Assembly (NCBI RefSeq): GCF_001194135.2
Contig: NC_068982.1
Coordinates: forward strand, 134,134,323-134,198,322
Direction: 5' to 3'
Length of the DNA: 64,000 nucleotides
Origin: Octopus bimaculoides
Lineage: Eukaryota
Below, one piece after another: positions 1-12,434 of this stretch. The notes below the pieces were generated by a model. The model saw nothing but the letters and a program-made list of their open reading frames with translations. It was not told the DNA's origin and did no database searches. A program made the translations under genes and the position numbers. How positions within the stretch are numbered: position 1 is the first letter of the stretch; each line of letters opens with the position of its first letter.

Positions 1-116
1 GCCAGATCAGATTGGAGCCTGGTGCAGCCATCTGGTGTGCCAGTCCTCAGTCAAATTGCTCAACCCATGCCAGCATGGAAAGTGGACGTTAAACGATGAT
101 GATGATGATGATGATT
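1..116 (+). mobile_element. 3' part of an RTE-tailed SINE-like repeat (family D here), ending in (GAT)n
   Basis: ...ccaacccatgccagcatggaaagtggacgttaaacgatgatgat; the same sequence recurs many times in the window. Confidence 0.8.
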
Positions 117-227
117 TAGCAACCATGAATATGCAAACATATAACCAGCAGGCAGATCTAGGTTAAACCTCAGTGACCATTCACCATTATTATTATTATT
201 AATATTATTATTATTATTATTATTATT

Positions 228-470
228 AAGGCGGTGAGCTGGCAGAATCGTTAGCATGTTGGGCAAAATGCTTAGTGATATTTCGCCTGTCTTTACGTTC
301 TGAGTTCATCTTTGCTTTTCATTCTTTCAGAGTCAACGAATTAAGTAGCAGTTTTGCACCAGAGTTGATGTAATTAACTAGCACCACTCCCCACCAAAAA
401 AAATTTCAGGCCTTGTGCCTATAGTAGAAAGGATTATTATTATTATTATTATTGATATTATTATAATATT
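228..470 (+). mobile_element. tRNA-derived SINE (family A) with (ATT)n tail
   Basis: aaggcggtgagctggcagaatcgttagc head; homologous reverse copy at 63140-63343. Confidence 0.75.
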
Positions 471-2983
471 GATCTAGCAAGCAGGGTCTCATAATAGTGT
501 ATATGTGTGTGTGTGTGTGTGTGTATGTGGGTCCTGTGCACAATGACGCCATCAAGAGGTAGGCCCCAAAACAGCGCGCATTCTCTCCTGATGACCCCAT
601 ACACTTGCTGGCTTCTGGTATGTGGAGCTTTCAACTGGTAGTGCTTGCATGAGCAAACTGTTTGCAAAACATCTAGTATGAAGGAGGGTTGATGCATAAA
701 ACTGAATGAATTGACCATATACACAACAGAATGTCTACAGTAGATTAGCACGTAAAATTTACAGTGGATTAGCATGTAAAACTTTTAAGCCAGAAGGTTG
801 TTACAATATTCACTCAGTTATTCCATTTTTAAAATAACAGCAGGATTGATGATGCAAAGACAATATAATTGGCTAGAAGACTGGATTATGAGAATACAAG
901 GTTTATTAATTATAAAGTTAGTGTATATCCAACAGTAACATATAAGATGGAGAAGAGAAATTATTTTATAAAATATTGAATGAAAGTCTGAAAGTTTATT
1001 GATCACACATACTTGATACTTGTTTTCCTTTTACTGAATTTGATGGCTTGAACTAAAAGAAAAGGTGAAACTAGGACTGAGATGTTCAAACCTGGACACC
1101 ACTTGCCTTCCAAACTCACAAAATAGACATCACCGGTTTTCAGTGGGTCTCTTGTAACCCTCTTATTCATGGAAAAAAAGAAATAAATTTAGAAATGGAG
1201 AAACTCTTGACACATGTTTAGAGGCTAGATTTCTGTTCTGTATCCTCTCCTAATCACTTACTAATTAAGAGAGTTGAGAAATGTGTTCCTTAAGGGAACA
1301 AAGAGTCATTGAAAATCCAGGATAAAAAGGCACTCATTGATCTGGAGATCATAATCTGGTATACTAATGCAAGTGTTTCTATTACAGTTAAATGTGTTGA
1401 AGTCAGCCAAGGTAGTAACACTAATGTTGAGACTGTATTTAATAAAATCCCCATCAGAATTCAATGAAGAGAGTAGGAGGTAGAATGACAAAGAGCAGAG
1501 TGTTTGTTTTTGACAATCAAAATCCAGTGTACCAGTATAAGTGTATTCAATACAGCTAAATGTGTTGAAGGCAGCTGAGGTAGACAGTGGTGCTACCTGA
1601 ATCTACATTCAATATAAGGGATTGGATGGTAGAGTAACTCAAAGAGTAGAGTTTCTGTGTAATTTTTTCCCATCTTGAAATGAATAAAGATCATTCAATG
1701 AAGCCAACTTTCTGCATGAAAACAACAGGTTAGCTTAAAGTCAACATATTTGATACAGGGAATATTTAAAAGTTAATTATCAATAATTATTCAATGAAGA
1801 GAAAAAAAAACAACTGCCATTGAGTAATATTATTTTGATGTTTTTCATAACGTATGAAAAACAACTCTAGTTTTGTTTCTGTCTTACTAGAACCTCATCA
1901 GCAACATATAACTTTCATAAATGTAGGACATAGTACATTGGTTGCAGGTCATATGACTCAAATATGTCAGAAGTTATCTCCTAAGCTGGATGAAAAAACA
2001 AACAAATAAAACGAAAACAAAATACTATTGTCATTGACTAATAGTTTATTTATTTCTTTCTTTTATTTCTTTGTAATTAACCATTTGATGATCTCTGCAT
2101 GAAATGTGTCAACATCAAAACTTAACTGGATGTATTTTTAATTCCGTTATATTAAATCGGAACTCAAATCACCATGTCCTGGGATTTGTTCAAGCGAATA
2201 TACAATTGTTTTGAATTTATATCAAGAAATAAACACTAGAGACGGGGGGAGGGGAAAGAGGATGTATTTGTAAACGTGGGAACTAAAATACACGATAAAC
2301 ATCATGTGCGTGTGTGCGTGCGTGTTAAATGCTTCAAAGGTGTTAGCCTATCTAAGGGAGCGAATGAAAGAAGTTATTCCCCCTTCGTAAAAGAAAACGT
2401 TGTATTTTGAGCAACTTCCAAGTATTTTTCATTTGCATAACAGGGGTGGACAAGTGGACAGTACTGACCAACGGAGCAGCAGAATGTTTCACTTGTCAAA
2501 GAACACTGTAAATTAACGATATCTATCTTGCCGTAAGAGATATCTAGTATCAAAATATATTTCAAACAGATATTTAATGTCATGCAGCAGTGAAAAACTT
2601 GATACAAACAATTTCTTAAAGAGAAAAATTGTAATGTAGTTAGTATGATCCTGAAGAAAAATAAATAAAAAATGAAATGTTTTCTTCAATATAAACACTT
2701 ATTTGGTTATGGGTTGAGAGATCAATCCTCAGTCAACTCTGAAAGTAAAACTTAAATGTTGAAAACTGTTGTAAATTATTTGAAATAAAAAAATTAAACC
2801 AATTTCTTTTACACTGATTTTTAAAAAAAAAGTTTATTTATAAACATTGAAAAAATATATGATGATGATACAGATTAAATTTTTAACAAGTCAATCGTTT
2901 TTACATATTAATAATGTAACGTGTTTGCATGAGACGGAGGTGGGGGAAAAACAAAGAAAAACATGAGAAACAACAGTAGCAAA

Positions 2984-3066
2984 ATAACATGGATAAATAA
3001 CATGGGTATATAACATGGGTATATAACATGGGTATATAACATGGATATATAACATGGAATGTAACA
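2984..3066. repeat. 13-bp tandem repeat (taacatgggtata), about 6 copies
   Basis: Units read directly from sequence. Confidence 0.9.
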
Positions 3067-4028
3067 GTAAGAAAATATATAATATTTTTGATTTCTACAG
3101 TTGGAAAATATTAAAAAGAGGTTTTAATTATTGAAAAGAAAATATAAATGTAAACAAATCAACAGGAAGCAAGCCATGAGAGGCTCACTGCAATTTTTAC
3201 CCCCACACATTTATGTATATGTGTGTGTGTGTTATTTAATCATTGTGTTCAAAATAAGGTATGAATTCTTGACTCATATCGGTGGAATGGGAGAACAATA
3301 TCAGTGAAATTTCTCGAGTTTACAATGGAAGAAAAAAGGTTCTACAAATTAAGTGACCCTAGGAGTGATAGCTTTCATTACATGCATGCATATTATATGC
3401 TTATACAATTTTTTTCATGCTAGCATGAGCTGCACTTAATACATATGCATGTGTGTGAGAGTCTATAGAAAACTAGATGTGTAAACAAAACAAAGACATC
3501 ACAATGTGGTATAAGATCCCAGATATAACAGTAGGAATAGAAAAGAGAAAAGATTTTTAATTATAGTGAATAAATTGCACTTATTGTACCACTTCAACAC
3601 CGATACAAAGAAGATCAGAGCTAATGTTCACCTGCCATCATAAGCAGAAATATTTGCTAATAAACAAAACAGAATTCTGCAGTCACAGGCAAACCTTTCA
3701 CCATATGTAGACCTGTCACTAATGACTGACATCAATAATCACTTGATCTGTCGCCTATCCACTATTTCTTTTATGTCTGGTGAGGATCTATGCTGATCAA
3801 ACTATTTGCGTAAAAGCAGGAAATAGATTTAATTCTGTAGTTACCAACAGATATATACATGTGTGTGTGTGTGTATGTGTGTGGTTATATTTATATGTAT
3901 TATTTGTGTGTGTGTATATACACACACACAAAACGTAAAAGATTTTCATTTTCTGGAGCATCAAACTAATACACTTGCTTGTTGTTCATACACCTGTCTT
4001 CATCTTTTGCTTCTCTATAAATTTCAAC

Positions 4029-4036
4029 TATATATA

Positions 4037-4125
<89 letters not shown>
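4029..4125. repeat. (TA)n microsatellite; similar TA/CA/TACA tracts at 6410-6742, 7475-7640, 38640-38730 and 50225-50355
   Basis: Read directly. Confidence 0.95.
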
Positions 4126-4130
<5 letters not shown>

Positions 4131-4829
4131 AAGTGACTGAGGACACCAACAATGATAGAAAACCTTTCCTCTCAAAAATAAAAAATTATCTGTTCAATAG
4201 ATAATCACTGATGTCAAAGTTTAAACAGATATATATCCTTGTATAGGAGAGTGTACTTGGACTGTATAGTTTGTAGTTATATGAGGTCAGAAATTCTGGT
4301 TTCAAGAAAAAATTGTCTTTGTATGGAATGTTGGTCTTAATGTATATAGTGAATTGTATGTTCTAAATCTGGAAGTGAGAGGGTGATCCAATTTATCTGG
4401 GAGATTATTTATGTTTTGTGGTTGTTAACATCCTCAAATTCACAGCTTCCCATTGTTAGAGTTACATCTAAATGTTATAGCAGATGGGTGATAGAAGAGA
4501 GAAGAGTATATTGACTGAATATAAGGAAAATATATAAAAAGCAATTTAGAAGAACTACTTAATTAATGCATTCAAAGTAGCAAAGATGTGAAATATCTAT
4601 TATAACTGATTACTAGTCCTCTTATGTAGGTGCAACTGTATGGTTTTGGGGTTCAGTTCAAATGTGCAACACCTTGGGTCAGTGTCTTCTACTACAGTCC
4701 TGGGTCAACCAAAGCCTTACCAATGAATTTGGTAGACAGAAATTGAAAGAAGCCCATCATACATATGTATGTATAAATATGTATGTATGTATGTATGTAT
4801 GCATGATTGTATGTATGTATGTATGTATG

Positions 4830-5265
4830 TCAGTCATTGGTCAGTTTTATTTGAAGATTTCTTGCCAAAAGAGAAAGAGCCGGTTTCTAACCTAGATTCA
4901 AGGCTCCTTCATTGGAATTTCAACATCAACAACAGGGTACTTTTTGTTTGTATGTATTTATGCATGTATAAGTGCAGATTTGTATGTTTTGCTTCATGTA
5001 CATATTCTCATGCATATAGTCGCATATCTAGACATGCTTAGATATATTCAAATGATAACCTTCTGGAAAGTTTTACAGATTTTTACAGTTCCAGTGATGG
5101 ATTGGATCTGTAGTCTTTGAATTAGCTTTCTCCTTTCTGGTTTTGAGAAGCCTGATTTCTCAAGATTGGTATTTAGGCAGTGTGTTATGTATCCCAGGGC
5201 CCCAATAATTATAGATATAAACCTGAACTTGTAATCTGGATAGAGTAACTGCAGATTTCTCAATA
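4830..5265 (-). mobile_element. 5'-truncated non-LTR retrotransposon 3' end, RLE-type C-terminus (R4/Dong-like), plus 3' UTR
   Basis: ORF 5048-5263 ...ISIIIGALGYIT...LQIQSITGTVKICK resembles the C-terminus of RLE-clade LINEs; ends in (ACAT)n. Confidence 0.6.
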
Positions 5266-6554
5266 GTTCTGTATGTATGTATTTGTGTGTATCTGTGTTT
5301 ACATGTGAGCTTTTCTAAATATCATGAGCAACAAGCAGTGATTGTCAATTCTCCTGTCAACAAATCTGTTGGTTTTTTTATCTTGAAAAATGTGTGAAAT
5401 AAGAGATTCTTTACATGAAAAATAGATAGCCATGATAGGAAGAGTGACTGACTGTAAATCAGTCCCTGAATATTACAGTTGTCTAATCCAGGCTAGCATG
5501 AAAAAAATGGATGTAAAAACGAATGAATGAACTATTATAACTATATATTATAACTGAGTAAATTTAACATAAGTTCCAGTTTAATACTTGATATTATACA
5601 TATTTATAATTGATTTATTTCATGTAACTGAAATGAGGAATAAATAGTTAAAAAGTTTATTTGGAATCTATACAAATATTAAATATTAGCAAAAAAAAAT
5701 TCTATATCCAAATAATTGATGGTTCAAGCAATTACAAAGTTGGATATCATGTTGTCCAAAAAAAAAAAAAAAGAATGTATTAGCAATTCAGTGAATTATG
5801 TTTCTGTTTTGCTGTCAAAAGTAAAAATATATGAAGTAAAATACTAGCTACTATTAAAAAAGCAGTTTGTAATGCCTAATCTAAAAGCAATGCAATTTAT
5901 CCTGTTTTAATGAAACTAAACCAGGTAGGAACATACAAAAAGCTGGTTAAATTTCTATGCAATTCCTTTACTCCAGTGACACTCAACCATTTGATGTTTA
6001 ACAAAACCCATTGTATAATTAAATACGATAAGGAATTGCATTTTTTTAAAAAATGGTTAAAATATTTTGTGTGTGAATTGCACTTAACAGCAATATCTTA
6101 TATGGATCTCTAAGGGTCATGTGAACTCTGGTTGGGAACCTTGCTCTACTCAAACAGATATGAGAAAATTCAATGACAAAATATAATAAAATTAAGTAAA
6201 AGAATATAAAATTAAATCGTATTGTGATATAAGCACTATAAATGTTCATTTCTTTTTTTTTTTGTTTTGTTTTTTTTTGTCAAAAAAAGCTCCTGTGAAT
6301 ACTTGAATAGCAGAACACCAGGTAGCGTATTTTCAGCTCAGGATGAATAAAAAAAATTACTTGTAGGTTATAATTAAAAGCAAATTATTTACAACAAATG
6401 GCAGTTCTACATACATACACACTTACACATTTATATATATGTACATATATATATACATACACACACACATACACACACATATATATATAAATATATACAT
6501 ATATATATATGTACATACATACATACATACATACACATACATATGTACACACGC

Positions 6555-6615
<61 letters not shown>

Positions 6616-6634
6616 CATACATATACACAATTAC

Positions 6635-6671
<37 letters not shown>

Positions 6672-7215
6672 TAAATATACACACACATATATATATACAT
6701 AGATACATACATATACACACACACACACATATATATATATATAGGGAGAATTCACAAAAAAACAACAGACGAAGACAGGCGGTGTAGAAAACAAATAGAC
6801 GTATTAGTATAATGCTAGGGAATTGAAAAAGTCTTAAACGTTTCGAGCCTACACACACACATACACATACCAGACATATATTTATGTAAACTAATTTTTA
6901 TCTTATCATTGTAAAAAATTTCATTACCTGATCTGAATGTTTTTCTGTAAACTATTTTTTCACTCATCACAGAGGATTCACAAAGCCCCAAACATTTTCT
7001 TATCATTGTCAAAGACTCTGTCACTTGATTTGAATACATTTGTGTAAACTAAATCTTGACACCACAGAGGATACACAAAAACTTATACATTACTTTTGAA
7101 AATCTTTTTAAATAAGTGAAACCAGTTAAGTTAATAAATATTTTTTTAAAGACTCCTGCATTTTCAAATTCTTTTCCTTATATATACATATATATATTTA
7201 TATATATATATATGT

Positions 7216-7471
7216 GGAGGCGCGTAGCTTAGTGGTTACGGTGTCAGTATCATGATCGTAAGATTATGGTCTTGATTCCTGGACCAGGCAACGCGTTGTG
7301 CCCTTGAGAAAAACTCTTCATTTCATGTTGCTCCAGTCCACTCAGCTGGCAAAAATGAATAACGCTGCAATGGACTGGCAGCATTACAGAACCTGGACAG
7401 AACCCAGATGGACAACACATGCGCCATTGAAACCGGGCCCATGAGCCTGGCTAAGCTTTAAAAGGGTGCAT
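7216..7471 (+). mobile_element. tRNA-derived SINE (family B)
   Basis: A-box-like gcttagtggtt and B-box-like ttgattcc; related reverse copies at 14139-14479, 16930-17276 and 33770-33967. Confidence 0.75.
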
Positions 7472-7472
7472 T

Positions 7473-7507
<35 letters not shown>

Positions 7508-7590
7508 ATATATATGTATATATATATGTATGTATATATATATGTATATATATATGTATGTATATATATATATGTATATATATATGTATT

Positions 7591-7636
<46 letters not shown>

Positions 7637-8992
7637 TACATGGATGCATGTGTATGTACATGTGTGTATATAGTGATAGTTAATTTGAAAATTTCTCTAT
7701 AAATCCTTTGAATATGTACAGATCATAAAGTTTACTTTTACAGTAATATCTATAAGATAGACAATCCATTCATACTAATTATGTATGTCAAAATCTAAGA
7801 TAATTGTGTGACAATTACTCGGTAAATCTTGTTAAAGCTAGTAGCCTTCACCAAAGTGTAGACCTACAACATTCATAAGTTGTTAGCTTAAATTTCATTT
7901 CATTATTTGGTGAGGTTTGACATTTATGTAAAAAAAAAAAATAATAATGATAATTGATAACAATAATAAATCTACTATAAAAAAATAAAAATTTAATTCA
8001 ATTAACTAGAATATATTTTTTAAAAATATTTTTCATGAAATTTATAAATGAAGTACTTTTCTGTTTTTTTTTTTTTTTGTTATGAAGTTTCAAAGTTACT
8101 GATAGAATATAATAGTTTTAAATGATAGGTGATACACATAAATAGTATATATGTGTGTGTGTGTATGCAAGATGTATGTATATCTCCATTTAGAAAGAAA
8201 GAGTAATATAAAACAGAAAGGGTATAAAATGTATTATTGTTATCACAAAATTCTTTGCATTCTGTTTTCCCTCTCTTTCTCAAATATACAGTAAAGTGGA
8301 ATGTAAACACGTAGCTACCTCCATACACATGCACACTCACATATGCACACATATACTTTATACACTAAGAAAGAGAGCTTTAGTGATGAAGACATGACTT
8401 ACATTTCAGCCATTTCAGATTTAGATCAGTTGTATTAAATCCAATAAAATATACTGCAATTTAGTGGAAACTTGCTATGATTTTATGTTTGGACAAATTA
8501 CTTTTGCTTTCAACAAAACATCCTTCAAAAGTATACAATTTCTTACATTCATAAGTGCATCATTTTCATACAAATAAATCACCATGTATAACAGCACTGG
8601 TACTACAAATACTAAAATAGGATAAGTATTCAATGAACTTCACCAGTTGAACTCTACACATCTTTAGTAGCTAAATCTATGAATATAGTGCCCATTCTAC
8701 ATACAAAGAAAATATTTACACAAAGAAAGAAGAGATTGTGGAGAGATATATAGAAGAAAAAAAAAGTGAGATCGAAAAAGGAAGACAATTGAAAGAAAAA
8801 AGGAGGGAGTTGAATGCATACATTTCAATGTTCTTGTTTTTTCTTTTCTTTCTTGTTTTATACACAGTTCAAGTAGAAAAATATAGTTTATCTTTTCATA
8901 CACAGTTTTAAAAAAAGCAGATCTTCCCTGCCTGCATTTGCACCAAATCATATGCCAGGTCAAGTAGAAACTACATGATTGCCTTCACCAGG

Positions 8993-9024
8993 TCAGGCAG
9001 AATCAACGTGGATGCCTTCATCAT
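8993..9024 (-). CDS. Ptp10D: R3 PTP terminal coding exon ((D)DEGIHVDSA*); the 3' UTR continues toward lower coordinates, end unknown
   Basis: Strong acceptor tttattttatttctttcag|ATGATGAAGGCATC; phase 1 fits exon 15; DDEGI resembles the Ptp10D C-terminus (DDEGIAESGM, from memory). Confidence 0.82.
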
Positions 9025-9760
9025 CTGAAAGAAATAAAATAAATATGAACTAAAAATATTAAACATAAATTACTGACAAACTTCTGTATCTTGTGTAGCG
9101 TGCATGTGTGTGCACACATACATATTCATATATATATATATACATATAAAGTCAAACATACACACACATTAAATACATATACATACATTCACATATATAC
9201 ACAGCCACATATATACATACATACATATCCACACACACATATGTATAGGAGATAAAAAGGGGTTGGCATTAGGAACTGCATCTGACCTTCAAAAAGTTTC
9301 ATGCAACACAAGCCAGATGGAAAAGATGACACAAAAGCATTGATGATGATAATGATGATGATAATATATGTTATAAATATACATACATACACTAGCATAG
9401 CTGGAGGGGGCAGTCCACCCCAGGCGGCAATATGTGGGGTCTGGGGGTGGGACACACCCTAGCTACACTAGTGCATACATATATGATTCAGGCAACTGGA
9501 ATCAGAGTTCAGCTGAGACCTGAATTTCACAGGTCATAAAATTTTGGTCTCAATCATTCAACGTGAAGTTTCCAGCTAATTAAATAAATTATACAGTCTA
9601 CCTCTAGTATTGAGTTGTGACCATTATCACACACATCATTCATTAAAATTATCGTTTTACATCTTTTTTCTATGCTGGCATGAGTTAGATGGATTGGATG
9701 AGCTTTTACAGTTCAAGTCAATACTAATTCAAATTTACTGCCATCCTACATAGACTAGAG

Positions 9761-10020
9761 CAGGGGTTTTCAAACTGTGGTCCGCGGACCACAGGGGGTT
9801 CGCAATGACGAGACAGGGGGTCCGAGGACAGCAAATACTTTTTATGGGCAATTTGATTTTATATATGATTTTTAATTGAAATCTTTTAATTGACAATAAA
9901 CCTATTTGTTAAATGCTGTTAAATAAATAAATGCAAAAATATATGTTATTTTAAGCAAATATTCATGTATAAATTTCATAAGCGTTTATAAGCGTTGTGG
10001 GTTCAAGTCGCACAACTGTT
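9761..10020. mobile_element. hAT-like MITE fragment
   Basis: Starts caggggtttttcaaactgtggtccgcggacc, a hAT-type terminus; second end not clearly found. Confidence 0.5.
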
Positions 10021-10509
10021 TTCCATTTTTTCTATCTAAAATGGGGTTTTTCAACCCAATATTTAAATGCTATTATTTATAGTTTTATGTAATATGTTTT
10101 GCGATCCACTATTCCAAAAAGGAATTACTGCACTTTCTCTTAGTTTATTAAATTTTTATATCAACAATATATACACATTTATGACGAAGTGTTTGGGAAC
10201 ACATGAGAGATCATCTCTAGAGGCCTCCAACTCATTCTAGCCTTGAATAATAAAAGTTCTACCCATGCTCAAGAAGGTGGGAATCTCTGAGTCACAGTGG
10301 TTTGCACTGAGAGCCATGAGCTTGGAAAAGCATTTTAATTTCATGTGTTAGACTGACATCTGTCATATTGATGCTGTCACTAAATCTCAAAGAGAAATGG
10401 CAAATAATATTGAATTAGGTCATTTCCTAAGTTACAGCTCACTAAAGTTTGTTCACAAATACCTTGTGTACCTTGTATATGTGTGTGTGTGTGTGTGTGT
10501 ATTATTTTA

Positions 10510-10714
10510 TTCTTTTACTTGTTTCAATCATTTGACTGCGAGCATGCTGGAGCTCTGCCTTTAGTCGAGCAAACCAACCCCAGGACTTATTCTTTGTAAG
10601 CCCAGTACTTACTCTATCGATCTCTTTTGCCAAACTAAGTTATGGGAACGTTAATGCACCAGCATCGGTATCAAGCAATGTTGTGGAGAGACCAACACAG
10701 ACATGCAAACATAT

Positions 10715-10751
<37 letters not shown>

Positions 10752-10885
10752 CAATGGGTTTATTTCAATTTCTGTCTACCAAATCCACTAACAAAGCTTT
10801 GGTCAATCTGAGGCTATAGTAGAAGACACTTGCCCAAGGTTCCACACAGTGGGACTGAACCCAAAGCCATGCAGTTGGTAAGCAA
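10510..10885 (-). mobile_element. tRNA-derived SINE (family C) with an internal CA/TA microsatellite
   Basis: Near-identical to 13148-13558; forward copies at 29370-29700, 37680-38020 and 59490-59880. Confidence 0.8.
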
Positions 10886-10938
10886 ATATATATATATATA
10901 TCTGTAAATATAATATGAGACAATTATTCAGTAGCCAT

Positions 10939-10999
10939 GATAAAACTCCGAGTTTCGGATGTCAGGGTGGAAACCTGCACCGGCATCTCTTCAGTTATC
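10939..10999 (-). ncRNA. Candidate type I hammerhead ribozyme within a Penelope-like terminal fragment (10921-11150)
   Basis: GAUAA-CUGAAGA-GAUG..GGUG(loop)CACC..CAUC-C-GAAA-CU(CGG)AG-U-U-UUAUC; all three stems can form. Confidence 0.55.
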
Positions 11000-11189
11000 G
11001 GGCCATCAAAAAATGTTATGAAAATGACCGTTAAACAAAGGGAAATTAGTATGTGATTGACCATTACTAAGACAAAAGAGCTATTAGAATGACCGCTAAA
11101 TAAGGGGAGGGAGTAAAAGGTAAAGGAGTAAAAATGCTCATGGCAATTGCGTAAGTGTGTGCATGTCCATATATACACATTAACCAACA

Positions 11190-11466
11190 CAATTGCAACT
11201 ACTCAAAACCAGCAACAGTCAATGAGTTCAAAGAAGAAATTGAAAGACAATGTTTCACAGTTCTAAATGAAATTATTCGTAATGCTGTTGAATCCCTTGG
11301 TCCGCATTATCAGCTGTCTTTGGAAAGTGATGGTCACCAATTTCAACATTTGTAAACATACATTTATCTGTTTATGCATTTAACCATTAATCTTGTTTCT
11401 AAGTCAATAACCAAGGTATTTATTGTCATTCAAAAGGTGAGTACACTTTTTTTAGGACATTCTGTA
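11190..11466 (+). mobile_element. Tc1/mariner-superfamily transposon 3' end
   Basis: KPATVNEFKEEIER...LESDGHQFQHL* resembles the transposase C-terminus; TIR-like cactttttttaggacattctg followed by TA. Confidence 0.65.
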
Positions 11467-12434
11467 TACATAGATATTCCTAATTTGGTTGAATAGTTAA
11501 GAAGTTTGCTTCTCAACTACAAGGTCTCAGGCTGAACCCCATCATGTGGCACCTTGGATGGATTGTACCTGCAATTCAAAGGTATAGCTTTGCTACATAC
11601 TATGTCAGGTTGATTCTGTTTGTGAATTATATTAAGGGAATATCAGTCTTTGGAATACTCCACCACTTACATGTTGGTTCAATGAGATGACAATTCAGTT
11701 GATTAGAATCCTCAGCATTGAAATTAACCAAGTTTAATCTATGTGTGTGTGTGTGTTGGGTGGTTTGACAAGATCTGATGCGTCCAAAGGCTGCACTGTG
11801 CACCAATGATGGTTGCAGGGTAGATGAGGAAAGAACCATGAATTGGGGAAGACAGAGGGATGCAAAAGAGGAACAGAGGACAAGCAGCAGTGACATTGCA
11901 ACTCATTTCTACAGCTGAGTGAAATGTCTTGCTCAAGCTTGGTCCAGGAATTGAACTCACAAACTCACGGCTGTAAGCAAAACGTTCTAACCACAAACCC
12001 ATGCACCTTTGCTACTTATATGTGCATGTGTGTGTGTGATGTGAAAAGCACCCAGTACAGTGGTTAGCATCAGGAAGGGTATCTGGTTGTAGAAACCATG
12101 TCAAAGCAGATAATAGCATTTGGCATAGTTTTCAAACTTGCCAGCTTCTATCAAAACATTCAACCTATGTCAGCATGGAAAATAAATAATTAAATGGTGA
12201 CAATGATCCTGATCATCATGATTGTCGTTCAATGTCTGCCTTCCATGCTGGCATGGGTTGCACAGTTTGACTGAAGACTGGCAAGCCAGGAGACTGCACC
12301 AGGCTCCAATCTGATTTGGCAAGGTTTCTACAGCTGGATGCCCTTCCTAATGCCAACCACTCTGAGAGTATAGTAGGTACTCTTTACATGCTACTGACAT
12401 GAGAGTCAGTCAGGCAGAAGTGGCATCGACCACA

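Noticed and set aside
3785-3815. Hammerhead-like ctggtgaggatc...gatcaaac
   Set aside because: The core is mutated (CUGGUGA, missing the G of GAAA) and stems I and III do not form
6900-7080. Diverged ~97-bp direct duplication
   Set aside because: Two old copies only, with no coding or structural signal; probably a TE remnant
7216-7290. tRNA-like sequences at SINE heads, also at 14410-14479
   Set aside because: A/B-box-like motifs only, with no full cloverleaf; they continue into SINE bodies
6385-7702. Many YIYI/MYVC/HTHT ORFs, also at 3966-4175 and 50188-50426
   Set aside because: These are translations of TA, CA and TACA microsatellites
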